This document shows positions 14,501-26,778 of a DNA stretch of 64,000 nucleotides, in pieces; within the stretch, counting starts at the first letter, position 1; each line of letters opens with the position of its first letter. Source of the stretch: Mytilus edulis (Eukaryota); the NCBI RefSeq assembly GCF_963676685.1, contig NC_092346.1, positions 21,080,001 through 21,144,000 of the forward strand, in the 5' to 3' direction. The position numbers and the translations under genes were made by a program. The notes under the pieces were generated by a model. That model made no database searches. It had not been told where the DNA came from and saw only the letters and a list, made by a program, of their open reading frames with translations.

Positions 14501-17500
14501 CACCTGCGATCACCCAAGGTTTTGGTGGGGTTCGTGTTACTTAGTCTTTAGTTTTCTTTGTTGTATCTTGTATACTATTATTTGTATGTTTGTCTTTTTA
14601 GCCATGGCGTTATCCGTTTATTTTCGATCTATGAGTTTGACTGTCCTTCTGGTATCTTTCGCCCCTCTTTAAAGTAACTTGTTTCGTTGAAAGAGTGAAC
14701 GGCGATGGAGGATTAGGAAATTTAATTTTTGTGTACTTTTTTGTGTATTTCTTTAAATATGATCAAATGTAACAACTTATAATTTAATTAATTGATTTTT
14801 CTTACTTTTGAAAATTGAATAATTTTTTTTAAAACGACAATAATAATAAAATGTTTCCAACAGAAAATTTCTACCAGTTAAGTAAAACAAAGCGGAGAAA
14901 ATAAGCCCATTTTCATATTGTAAGATGCAACTTGAATTGAATAACATTATCAATCAAACATTCCTACTAAGTTGTTTAGGTTTAAAGTGTTAGATGTTAA
15001 TAGTAGCTGAAAGCTGCATGGAATCTCTTATAAATGCATTAGAAACTCTACGTTTTCTTGAAGATAATATAAATGCACAATATGCTTCTGCTTATTGCCC
15101 ATGTTTCAAGCATCAAGATAAGTTTATGAAAATTCCTGGAACAGATATTTGAACAAATTATTAAAGGGTTATATGTTATCCTAAACATATCGATTGTATG
15201 AAACATTGCAATATCCCAAGTTGTTATTAGATCCTGAATATTTCTCTGGTATTGAACTTCTTATCAAATAAGATATTTACTTGTAGCTCCATTAGCAGCA
15301 AGCTGTGCTCCTTGTTGTAAAGCTTGGTTTAACAGATCGGTTCCTGATTGTGCAGCAACTTGTCCAACTTGTTTAAATGTTTCTTTAAATGTTTGTCCAA
15401 GAGCATTTAGTTGTTCATTAAGCTTGTCTAAAACGCCTTGGAAAGTGTCTTTTAAAAATCTTTTCCTGTTGAGAAAATACAAATGTTCTTAAAGCCATGA
15501 TTAACATCTGTATCGGCGAACAATATTTTGCATTCGAGCGTGAAGATATAGCCAACCAATAAGCAGTTATATCAATGGAGATACTCTTTCAATAAAAAGA
15601 TTTTTAAAAATCATCACTGATAGTTCACCCATTCAAAATAAAAATGCCAGCTCACTTACTTGAGCGTAATGATATAGCCAACCAATTAGCAGTTATATCA
15701 ATGAAGATACTTTTTTAATTAAAATAATTTAAAAAAATCATCACTGATAGTTCACCAATTCAAAATATAAATGCCAACAATCTTACTTAACATGATTGGC
15801 TGTGTACTTCACTTGACAATGGAATTGGTCGAGAATTGACAAAATAATGATTTTTTTTTTTTTAGCAACTTTATTGTATACAAAATTAACTCTTTTGTAA
15901 CGTGAGAACTACCTTGTTCCGTCTGTGACTGCTGCATGTTGAAGGTTAGTAAGAAGATCTGGAAGGAATAATTTTAAAATTAAAATTATGTCATCTGATT
16001 ATGTTCATGATGTGAACAAGCCCTATGTAACCATCCTATATCATCTTATAATGTTTTTTCAAGTACAAGAGGTATGTGAATATCTTTCAGACAAAAACAT
16101 ATTTGTTATATATAGCAGTAGCTTATAAAACGAACGAAACTAGCTGTTCAGTCCTGTGAATTAATGTTAATTTTGAATCCAGGAAATTTTAGTTCGTTTC
16201 ACGTGATGTTTTTTGTTGTTGATTATTTCGAAAATTCATTATAGATTTTCATCTTTATTTTATGAGTTGAGTTTCAATTAGCATGATATATTGAACTTCT
16301 GTTTGGTTTTTTTAATCAAAAATATACATCAGAGGATTTTAATGTCCGGACATATCAATCTCGAAGAGATTAAGTGTACCAAGTCAGGAATGTAATAGTT
16401 GTCCATTTGTTTGATATGTTTGAGCTTTTAATGTTGCAATTTGTAGGGACTTTCCGTTTTGAATTTTCCTCGGATTTCAATATTTTTGTGATTTTACTTT
16501 TTGCAAGATTATATTTTTAAATGAACGTATTTTTTCTTATCATTTGTATCTTAAAGTGCTGATTCACGACAAATTGCAAACTGTAATCTACATTATATGA
16601 TTGTACTTAGTTTAACTTTTGTTTGCTTCTTAAAGTTTGAGAATTGCATTATATTTAATCGTTTGTACATTTGAGAAAAAGTTTTACTTGTTGCTCCATT
16701 AGCTGCTAACTGTGTTCCTTGTGTCAGGGCTTGGTTTAATAAGTCTGTTCCTTGTTGTGCAGCAGCCTGTCCCACCTGCTTAAAAGTTTCTCCAAAAGTT
16801 TCACCCAAAGCATGGAGTTGTACCTTCAGTTGATCCAAGACACCTTGAAATGTATCTTTCAAGAACCTTTTTCTGTAATTTTTAAAAAAACAATTTATCT
16901 TAAGAATACATTTGCAAAACAAAACTGCACAATATAGATTTGTGTGTGCACTTTACATATTTCTTGTTTACTGTAAAATAAATCGGAACAGAAAAAATAA
17001 ACTTCAATGGTGATTACAAAAACAAATGTTGAATGCTACTCCACGAGTGTCACCCATAATGTATTTCATACAGTAAAATAAGATAGGTTAATGTCAATAA
17101 TAAGGATTCATACCACAGCGCAGAATAAGAATTGTTTGTCTATTATAAATCTGATATCAAAACCCTCCTTAAGAAAATGCACCTAATGCATTCAAAACAA
17201 TATGAAATGGGGACATATGTTTTGATAACCATTTAAGAAGATGTACGTTTCAAAAATGAAGAAATAGACATAATCTTGTTCCGTGAAATATACATTACCT
17301 TGTTCCGTCGGGATTTTGAAGGTTAGTCAGAAGATCTAAATGGCGAAAAAAGAAATTGGTAATTACATCTTTTAAAATATTTTATATTGCCATTTTTATA
17401 TCGGATTCGTAATGTAAGTAAATAAAATATTATTAAAATTTATTTGAAATGCTTTGGTTAAAAAACTTCACAACGTCATAGATCGAAATTAAGCAAGATT

Positions 17501-20500
17501 TTTTATATTGACCGTCAGAGTACATTTTTAAAAATAGAAACATGTAGCGTCAATATACTTCAAAATAAAACAAGGCTTTGGATACATGAAATAAACTTTG
17601 AAACACGTGATCGTAATGACCAAAGAAAAAAGTAGAATGCTACACCATATGTAATATTGTTTCATATCATTTCATAGATAGACTTTTTAGTTATGTTATA
17701 TGAATGTTTAAACGTTTTCTTATGATGTCAACTGTACGAGTCATTTTGATAACACAATTTAATGCTGACGCTTACTTGTTGCCCCATTAGCGGCTACTTG
17801 TGCTCCTTGTTGTAAAGCTTGGTTCAACAGATCTGTTCCTTGTTGGGCAGCAACTTGTCCTACTTGTTTGAATGTTTCTTTGAATGTTTGTCCAAGAGCA
17901 GTGAGTTGTTCATTAAGCTTGTCCAAAACGCCTTGGAATGTGTCTTTCAAGAATCTTTTGCTGGAAAAAGTAATCCATAATCTTTAGTGTATAGCATAGT
18001 AAATGAAATACCAAGTAGCATCATTGGATAGAAAACGATACAAAGGACAATATAAAAGTATAGATCAATTCAACAAATTCGTTTATAATAACTGTTTTTA
18101 TCCGTGATCTGTTTAATTTGTTATGTGGAATAAAAATTATGTTCTTGAAGATCCTAAATGAACTACCATAGATGTTTAAAGCTTTAAATTACCTCATTTT
18201 CCGAACAAAATATTTACAATTCACGTTTGCGTAAGGATATCTTAATTTTATTCTACAATATGAAAATAAGGAGATGTGGTTTGATTGCAAATGAGACAAT
18301 TGCCCACCACAGTTCGAATGTAAGCAATTATATCCAACCGTACGGCCTTCATTGATAAGAAAACGTCTTTCTTATAATTTCATATAATTAAACCCTAATT
18401 TGATTCCTGTCATATTTTAAAACATTGAAAAAAGTTTCCCGTATATCAAATAAGTCACACTTATAAAACATTGAGAGACCAAACAATCTGTTTTAAAATA
18501 AGTCTTTTCGTGAAAAACACAAAGACGGCCTTATATAATTTAGATTTTTTTTTAAAGTTACTACATTATGTTGTCATAAAGGCGAAATATACTAGTATTG
18601 AGGATAAAAGGAGAGTATTACCTTGCTGTTGTGCCATCAGGGTGGGCAAGATTAGTCAACAAATCTGAAAAAGAATATACGTCTGCTAATAGAAATATGT
18701 AATGGTAATAATGAATAAAAAAATGACATTTCAATAATACGTAATAAAAAAAAATGCACAAGCTAACCAGCAAGAAAAGGAAACACAAAACAATAAACTG
18801 GAACACAATTACAAAATTACAACATGGTACACACTTTCGAGTAAAAATATAAATATATAAGTTTTATACTATACATAAATTTCAACTTATGTGACAATCA
18901 ATCATTGTTAAGTTGGAATAACAGAGCATATAAGGTCTGTCAAAGCGATTCCAATGATAATGCTCAAAGGAAAGTGGGATATACAATTCACTAATAGACG
19001 AACTTAAGTTTTGGTTCCGTTCACCCAAAGTAGATTCAAAACAAAACAGGTTCTTTTTTTAAGAAATAAAGTAGCGGTCGCTCTAGGAATATGTTCCTTG
19101 TGGAGCAGCAAGTTGTCCTACTTGTTTCTTCTTTTTTCAGTGTACCGTCAAATTTTCAAACGTTTTTGTATTTCACTATGTTCAGCAGTTATAGTTTCTA
19201 TTTCAAGCATTTTTAGATTTAAAATAATTTGTCCGAAGATTTGTATAATTGCCATCTTGGTTTTTTTTTATTTCGTCGCCCGTGAACTATGGAACAACAA
19301 ATTCGAAAATATATTGTTTGGCCTTTTTATGTTTAGTTCATGTCTAACAGAACGTTAATCTCACATCTCATTTTACTCATGTCTATAACTAAAGAGAGTA
19401 AATTATTAACAGTGTTTCAAAATGATTTCTTTTTCATAAAATAACCACGGTAATGTCAGGATATTGCAGAAAAAGAATGATTATCTTCATAGCATTATTT
19501 TGTAAAAGAAAATTGTGTTCTTTGGCTACAAGAGAGATTATATAAGATATCCTGTAGTCGAAGTTCTTTCCTAGATTTAACTTCATGAAATCAGGCAATG
19601 CACTTCACATAACATACGCCCTATTCTTGGCGGCAAAATCTTTAAATATTTGTTCACGTTATGTGTTCTCGTTATTTGTTTTAAATACTCATCTCAACCT
19701 ACAAACATATGTGGTATGCAATAAAACCAGATTTCTTTGTTGTTTCAGAACACATGATCAACTCAACTCGATCTCTGCTTACTGATCATTGCATTCATTT
19801 TTAAAGTTGTATGAATTTTAAATAGGCATTTGGAAATTTAATGACAAAGTAATAGATTGTGAGTTGCAATAAAAGTTCACTACTTTCTGTAACTCAGAAA
19901 CCTTATTCGTACGGATTGGATCGTAAAATAGACAATTTGTTTATATTTAAACATGCGAACAATGAAAAACCAAACGTTATCAAACACACATACTAAAAGC
20001 TCCTTTCACTGCAAGATTTGTTCCTTGTTGTAAAGCTTGGTGTAACAAATCTGTTCCTTGCTGTGCAGCAGCTTGTCCAACTTGTTTGAAGGTTTCATTG
20101 AATGTTCCACCTAATGCATTCAACTGAAGTTTCAATTGTGCCAATATGTGCTGTACGTCATCCTTCAGAAATCTCTTGCTAAAGAACATAGTTTCAGATT
20201 AAGTATAAACAACTTCTTTCGACAATATAGATACAACAATATTCAAAGTTGCATGTCTGACCATTAATGTTAATTTGTAAATTTTATCTATGAAAAGATT
20301 TACCGAGATAATTGGCAACAAATGTCGTTTTACTTTTACTTTGGAGTAACCAAATATGATAAAGCAGTATTTTTCAAGAAAAAAGAAACAAAGGATTCAA
20401 AACCAATATCTAATAAATAGGCCTTTGAAACATTTGTTTACCAAACATTAAAACAATAATGCAAAATATTGCTATTTGCAACGCATGATAGCATGAACAA

Positions 20501-21384
20501 AATGAAACAGTAGAAAATCTAAAACACATTATTTATTACCTTGGATCTGGTTCTGAGGTGTGTTGAAGATTTGTTAGAAGATCTGAAAAAACGAAATGTG
20601 TTTAAAAAATATATTATTGCAAGGCGTCAATGCATTAATCTATGCAAATAAGTCTTTTCCAAGAACACAGATAAGAAGCACCGATATAGAAAAACCAACA
20701 ATATTGGCACTGGCTTTGTTTTAATCACTTACTTGTAGCCCCAGCTGCAGCAAGTTGTGTTGCTTGTTGTAAAGCCTGACTCAGTAAATCTGATCCAGAC
20801 TGTGCAGCAGCTTGTCCAACTTGTTTAAATGTATCTGTAAATGTGCCTCCCAAGGCATGGAGTTGAACCTTCAGTTGATCTAATACACCCTGGAGTGTGT
20901 CTTTCAGGAATCTCTCCCTGAATAAGAATTACAGGTAAGGTAAATCTGTTCACTCATGACATGAAAGGGGAAGGGTTGTTGGAGAAGATAGTAGATTAAT
21001 TAAAAACAAATCTGAATGGAAAGAATAAAATAAGTTAACAACGTTTTAGGGGATCTTCAACGTCATCGGTTTTTCACAATCTTCCCAAGTAAATAGCCTC
21101 GTCTATTATCTATTCTTATGTATTGATTTTGATAGGCCTTGTATGGATTTGGGCCGAGTTAAAGCATTACACTTTGCATAGATACTTATATAGTCTTGAC
21201 GATTGTTGAAGATCGTATCTAGACCTCGAGATGTCTTTAGGTTTTAAATTTAATTATGATTAATAATGCAAATGTCTTATGAACAAAAGAAGAATGTATA
21301 TATCGTTGTAAACACTTACTCCTTTGTCGGTCTGGCATCAGCTGCCACCAGAAGGCAAGCCGTTAACAAGACTAGGATCTTCAT
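5575..21384 (-). CDS. Secreted tandem-repeat polyprotein precursor (693 aa): signal peptide + 9 KR-delimited amphipathic-helix modules; 19 coding exons
   Basis: Coding exons on the minus strand, all internal junctions GT-AG: 21384-21320 (MKILVLLTACLLVAADARPTK); 185-nt repeat exons 20917-20733, 20178-19994, 17960-17776, 16872-16688, 15465-15281, 12486-12302, 10656-10472, 8693-8509, 6729-6545; linker exons 20582-20540, 18664-18622, 17335-17299, 15958-15913, 14212-14176, 11525-11489, 9631-9595, 7669-7633; terminal exon 5609-5575 (NLLTNLQNTDG-stop). Intron phases alternate 2/1 throughout. Total 2082 nt, in frame with no internal stop. Candidate AATAAA at 5400-5395. Confidence 0.92.
6600..10541. 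repeat. Recent ~1963-bp tandem duplication of one repeat-exon/linker-exon module with its introns
   Basis: 6600-8563 and 8564-10526 are nearly identical, including intron sequence (ORF pairs 6653/8617 and 7282/9244). Junctions fall in the shared 15-mer ATCTGTTCCTTGTTG at 6600, 8564 and 10527. Confidence 0.95.
14259..14670 (+). mobile_element. 3' fragment of a retroelement (Penelope-like RT C-terminus plus UTR) in a polyprotein intron
   Basis: Translates as TRKLLNQEFQMVNGKSSLRKFYGPHHELVDRYGI, resembling the C-terminal motif of PLE-type RT elements common in molluscs. Class assignment is from recall. Confidence 0.45.
19089..19127 (-). pseudogene. Decayed fragment of a repeat exon (pseudo-exon) in a polyprotein intron
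   Basis: 36/39 nt match to the KQVGQVAAQQGTD-coding part of exon 12486-12302; flanking exon sequence and splice sites are lost. Confidence 0.7.
21320..21384 (-). CDS. First coding exon of the polyprotein: signal peptide (predicted cleavage ADA|RP after residue 17)
   Basis: ATG at 21384 just after an AG acceptor; MK, hydrophobic core ILVLLTACLLV, then A-x-A; donor GTAAGT, phase 2, joins in frame to 20917 (KEER|FLKD). Confidence 0.88.
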
Positions 21385-22142
21385 TCTATAGTTGAAACAT
21401 AAAGTCAGTACATTACTATACAGTCAATATGTGTGAAAACATTTGACTTTAGCTATTTATGATAGTTTGTTTAAATGATTTCCCCTTTGATAATGATTAA
21501 TAGATTTTAGATAAAAGACAATTGCGAAGAACTACTTAATCTTGTCTACTTTATGGGTTATTCTTTGTGTGTTTTTTCCTTCCTGACTTGCTCGTAGGTA
21601 TTTGAAATTTGAATTGTCCCAAAACGACTGACAAATTCAGAAGAGGTAACATGTATAAAAAGAGTATAAGGTGGTTTGATTTCCAATAATAAAACAGAAA
21701 CCAAGTGACGTTGAGTGAAGAAACTATAATATACCATCGTACAGCATAAAAAAAGCTTGAAACCCATTTCGTATAGTAAACTTTTAAAGATCCCGAAATG
21801 ACAAAATGTAAAACAATTCAAAAGAGAAACCAACAGCCTTATTCATGTAAACAACAATAAACGAAAAACAAATATAATACTCAACGACCTACAACAATCA
21901 CTGAATTACAGGCTGCTGACGTGAGACATATAATCATAATGCTTATATGTCTCACGTCCGGGCCGCATACAAACAATCCCATTAACCTGGGACACTGGTT
22001 CAACAGCGCAAAATACTAGTAAGAACAAACGTAATCGTGATTCAACCATTTTCCAAACTTGTGTTCTTGTTCTTGTTACGCGTTTACCTAACAACATCAA
22101 CTCACAACATTTGGTAAAGTTCAACTCACAACATTTGGTAAA

Positions 22143-22862
22143 GTAATATGTATATACGAATCTAAATTGAAAACTACGTTCAAACCTATGATTGCGTTGG
22201 ATAAAAACCGCAATTTTTATACGTGTGCATGTAAAACAAATTTCGTTGTAGAAGGGTCTAAAAACAGCACAAACAACATTTTCCAAACGACCAAAAAAGT
22301 AAAAAAGTATATTTAAACAAAACGCATTTGACTAACAGGTCGAACAACTGATGTTATTTAACCCTGCTGACTGCCATTGGCGATTGCCAAATAAAATTGA
22401 TCACAAGATGTAACAAAATGGATCTTAATATAAATTTAATACTAAACAGAAAAAAAAATTAACTTGTGGCCACGATGTTATGCCACAAACATACGGTGTC
22501 AATATTTTTTTAGCACACTGGATCCGGATTTCGACAATCAATGTCTCTTCAGTGATGTTAGGGATCGAAACGGTATTTGGAAGGCCATATAAAAAGTACC
22601 CTCATTTTTAGATAAACTCTTGAATTTTAAGAGTCAATATAGGATGAACGGATCATATAAACCGGAGGGAAAATATGATACAAGCCCAAACGAAAATTAT
22701 AAACGAGTCCAAATTGAAAACTACGTTCAAACCTATGATTGCGTTGGATAAAAACCGCGATTTTTCTAAGTTTGCATGTAAAACAAATTTCGTTGTAGAA
22801 GGGTCTAAAAATAGCACAAACAACATTTTCCAAAAGACCAAAAAGTGAAAAAGTATATTTAA
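22143..22862 (-). mobile_element. Second retrozyme-like repeat with a degenerate hammerhead motif (~22514-22558)
   Basis: Direct repeat 22165-22315 / 22711-22862. Minus strand reads acatca-CTGAAGA-gaca ttgat tgtc-GAAA-tccgga-TC: intact core and palindromic helix III, with helix I mispaired. Confidence 0.55.
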
Positions 22863-22874
22863 ATATAAGTCTAG

Positions 22875-23010
22875 CGGGACGGCTGCAGTGCAGGCGATTT
22901 GGTGTCACGATATCACAGTAGCATGGGTTCGAATCCCGACGGGAATAACCAAAAATTTGCGAAAGCAAATTTACAGATCTAACATTGTTGGGTTGATGTT
23001 TAGACGAGTT
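22875..23010 (+). mobile_element. tRNA-derived SINE fragment
   Basis: Pol III B-box GGGTTCGAATCCC at ~22925-22937, followed by a short body and a (TA)n run at ~23022-23046; no complete cloverleaf. Confidence 0.5.
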
Positions 23011-23019
23011 TTAAATATA

Positions 23020-23050
<31 letters not shown>

Positions 23051-23088
23051 TTGTCATTATATCCTAAACGGAACGGTACAAGTATAAT

Positions 23089-23415
23089 AAAATTGAGAAA
23101 GGAAATGGGGAATGTGTCAAAGCGACAACAACCCGACCATAGAACAGACAACAGCCGAAGGCCACCAATGGGTCTTCAATGTAGCGAGAAACTCCCGCAC
23201 CCGTAGGTGTCCTTCAGCTGGTTCCTTAAAAAATATGTATACTAGTACAGTGATAATGGACGTCATACTAAACTCCGAATTATACACAAGAAACTAAAAT
23301 TAAAAATCATACAAGACTAACAAAGGCCAGAGGCTCCTGACTTGGGACAGGCGCAAAATTGCGGCGGGGTTAAACATGTTTATGAGATCTCAACCCTCCC
23401 CCTATAACTCTAACC
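23089..23415 (+). repeat. Interspersed repeat, copy 2 of the 1733 family
   Basis: Direct similarity to 1733-2055 and 26304-26630. Confidence 0.65.
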
Positions 23416-23798
23416 ATTTCTGCCATATGAAAGTTTCACCAACTGGCAATGGTGGACCATATATAAATTCTTTGAACATTTATTTGTAAGCGATTTTGAC
23501 AACGAATGCAAAGGGAATGGATTGTTTATTTCCAGAAATATGTAATTTTACGATTGATGACTTTGACAACATGTATCTTCTTCATGACAGAAAATAAAAG
23601 CATGCACTCAATAAAGCAGGGCCATAGTCTGATAGTCTATATTGAGTTTCAAATTCTTAATATCCAAATAAAATATCTTGAAATTCTGTATGCTTGTTAT
23701 TTGTTTCACAATATCTTTTTATCAGTTTTATATAAAGATTTGCATTGAAATGATACAAAGTGCATTATTTGTGAAAACGTAATCTTCTCTGTACTTAC

Positions 23799-23850
23799 CT
23801 TCTTTGCAGTAGTTAGCGAAGAAATGAAATGACATGAATGTTAGGTATAT
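23799..23850 (-). other. Candidate 5'UTR exon of the polyprotein gene (upstream boundary unknown)
   Basis: Strong donor AAG|GTAAGTAC ending at 23799. The ATG exon has an acceptor 1 nt before the ATG, so an upstream non-coding exon is expected. Confidence 0.35.
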
Positions 23851-24544
23851 CAGAAAAGTCGTGAGAACTTCACAGATGTGCATTACTAACATCACGCCGT
23901 ACCAGTATAAGGATTATGTATGTCGAAGTGTAGAACGTTATAACGTGTCTAATGTTCTGATGCTTCCTGATCATGGTATGATATTAGGGACCTTTCAGTT
24001 AGACCTTAGACATCAGTACATGTCTACCTTACATTACAAAAAACTTTTTTTTTCTGTTGTATTTAATTACAAGGACTCTGCGTAAAGATGAATGCAGAAG
24101 TTTTGTAACTTAATTGTCACTTTCTTTGTTGACTATCATTTATTTGCCGAGGACATATAAATACAAAATTTCAGTCGACCTAACATAATTTCAATCTTTC
24201 TGTTGGATAGAAAACAACGATAAATTACCTACAAGATTTTAAAACGCATTTGGAAATTCGAACAATAATGGGTTTTTCTCTCGTAGAAAACGTGTTGTAT
24301 ATCTAAATTATAGAATTCTACAAATAGATCTATGTGCTATTTTTTTGTATTGGCTGTTTTTTGTTGTTGTGGGTGTTTTTATTTATTTATTTATTTTATT
24401 TTTATTTATGTATTTACTTTTTTGGAGGCGGGGAGGAGAGCGACAGGTGGGTGGTGATTTGTTTTAGATATATGCAATTGAAAACCTAAGACAAGAAAAA
24501 AGATCAATCGATTTTTCTAATGAAACAAAAATGGACATAAACAT

Positions 24545-24857
24545 TTTTAACCCCGCCACATTATTTATGTATGTGCCTGTCCCAAGTCAGGAGCCTGTAT
24601 ATTCAGTGGTTGTCGTTTGTTTATGTGTTACATATTTGTTTTTCGCTCATTTTTTTACATAAATAAGGCCGTTAGTTTTCTCGTTTGAATTGTTTTACAT
24701 TGTCTTATCGGGGGCTTTTATAGCTGACTATGCGGTATGGGCTTTGCTCATTGTTGAAGGCCGAACGGTGACCTATAGTTGATAATTTCTGTGTCATTTT
24801 GGTCTTTTTTGGATAGTTGTCTCATTGGCAATCATACCACATCTTCTTTTTTATATA
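24545..24857 (-). repeat. Interspersed repeat (GATGTGGTATGATTGCCAATGAGACAAC family)
   Basis: Reverse complement matches the element start at 115-260 and fragments at ~10795-10835 and ~18265-18350. Confidence 0.55.
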
Positions 24858-26303
24858 TAAAATAATAAAAATCAGAAATTATTGGTGAACTAGTAAAAAA
24901 ATAAGGGGGTTTGTATGCAGCATGTTTTAATTACTTGGTCATCTGAGAAAGCCGAAATATAATAGGCAAACCTCAGAGAAATGTTTGTTTTAAACGTTGT
25001 TGTATACGTTCGACAACACCTAAGTTGCATCGATTGAAACCAAGTACCTTTCGTTTAATAACAGAGGTTTTTTTATCACCTGAATATTAACAACCAAAAG
25101 CAAGTAACTACCAAACCATTACTAAATCCTTTTATACAAAATGTTCTAAACATAGAAATATTGATAACAGAAAAGTACAAACACGGTGACACATGGCCCC
25201 TAACACTGTTTCGTGTTCACAATTTGTAAGGTCTGTTTAGGTCAAAAGGGTTCTGTGAGGTATTTCCATTTCAGGGAAAATTTTAATATAGATTTTGCAG
25301 TAATTTTTTTCATATGTTTTATTTTTATAATGTAACCTTTCGCAGATTTTGTATTATTCAATTCACCAAGTGATCACGAATTACAGTCGGAATGCAAGTA
25401 CAAAATATTTCAGACGACTTCGGTAAACATAGGAATTTCTCGGAAACCTTCGGAAAAGGCACGTAATTGGTACATATCAGCAAAGATGTGTATGTTGATA
25501 CTATAAAAATCATTGATATCAGCAATTAAACTTTGTATTCATCAGCTTGGTTTAGTCAGGAACATATATGATAGGATGTCCTCGTTAGATCAATTTGAAA
25601 TTTAGGCTTCATTGGATTTTTATTATATATGTTAACGAATTTCTTGTCATCTTGGTATCTTCCTAAGAAAATTATCACTTCCTTGGTTCGTGAAATATAT
25701 GTTATACATTAAAGATTGAACAGGTAGTAAAAGTTTCTTAATCTTAAAGGAATGCGGAATACACAGTACACGAATCACGACAAATGATTTTCTGATACAT
25801 TTGTAATGGATCAGATAACACCACTGAAATGAAAGGAACACAATAATGGCATGTTAAAACGCAGATTCTATAATTCCCTGAAGGAATTCCTGAACCAAAT
25901 AAGAAACGTGACAAGTTAATCTTGGTGAAACCACTGACTATAGTTTTCTGTTTCCAGGCGTACATATTGTAGGCTTTATTGTTAATACTGAAGGAGGTCA
26001 TACTTCTGTATGTTACGTATTTATAAGGCCGTTGGGTGTGTACTGTTCTATAGTCTAGACTAGTTGGATTTGTACATGATTTGACATTTGTTTCGAACGT
26101 GCTTCCAAATAACGGTGTCTTCTCTTTCTGATTTGAACTTTGTGTCTTTTGTCTTTTTGTTAGTTTATTTCGTGATCCGTGTCGATCTCACTCAGATGAG
26201 TCGAGCCCTTTCCAACTGTTCACTTTTCCGGTTTGTATGTATATTGTGGTGTTACAACAATGTTAACTTTTTTCTGTACAATCCGATAAATTTCATAGAC
26301 TAT

Positions 26304-26778
26304 AAAATTGAGAATGGAAATGGGGAATGTGCCAAAGAGACAACAACCCGACCATAGAAAAAAACCCAGCAGAAGGTCACCAACAGGTCTTCAATGTAGC
26401 GAGAAATTCCCGCACCCGGAGGCGTCCTTCAACTGGCCCCTAAACAAATATATACTAGTTCAGTGATAATGAACGCCATACTAATTTCCAAATTGTACAC
26501 AAGAAACTAAAATTAAAATAATACAAGACTAACAAAGGCAAGAGGCTCCTGACTTGGGACAGGAGCAAAAATGCGGCGGGGTTAAACATGTTTGTGAGAT
26601 CTCAATCATCCCCCTATACCTCTAGCCAATGTAGAAAAGTAGACGCATAACAATACGCACATTAAAATTCAGTTCAAGAGAAGTCCGAGTCTGATGTCAG
26701 AAGATGTAACCAAAGAAAATAAACAAAATGACAATAATACATAAATAACAACAGACTACTAGCAGTTAACTGACATGT
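26304..26778 (+). repeat. Interspersed repeat, copy 3 of the 1733 family
   Basis: Direct similarity to 1733-2200. Confidence 0.65.

Noticed and set aside
6465-20189. Treating the short minus-strand ORFs as separate single-exon paralogous genes
   Set aside because: They lack true starts and signal peptides, are bounded by AG/GT at an exact 185 nt, and join in frame through the linker exons into one CDS.
5575-21384. Cationic antimicrobial peptide, classical neuropeptide or DOPA-type adhesive precursor
   Set aside because: Modules are ~72 aa, net neutral to acidic, and have no Cys, Tyr or internal Arg and no G-KR amidation sites. Membrane activity is still possible.
22875-22945. tRNA gene
   Set aside because: Only a B-box/T-arm is recognisable and there is no complete cloverleaf; it fits a SINE head better.
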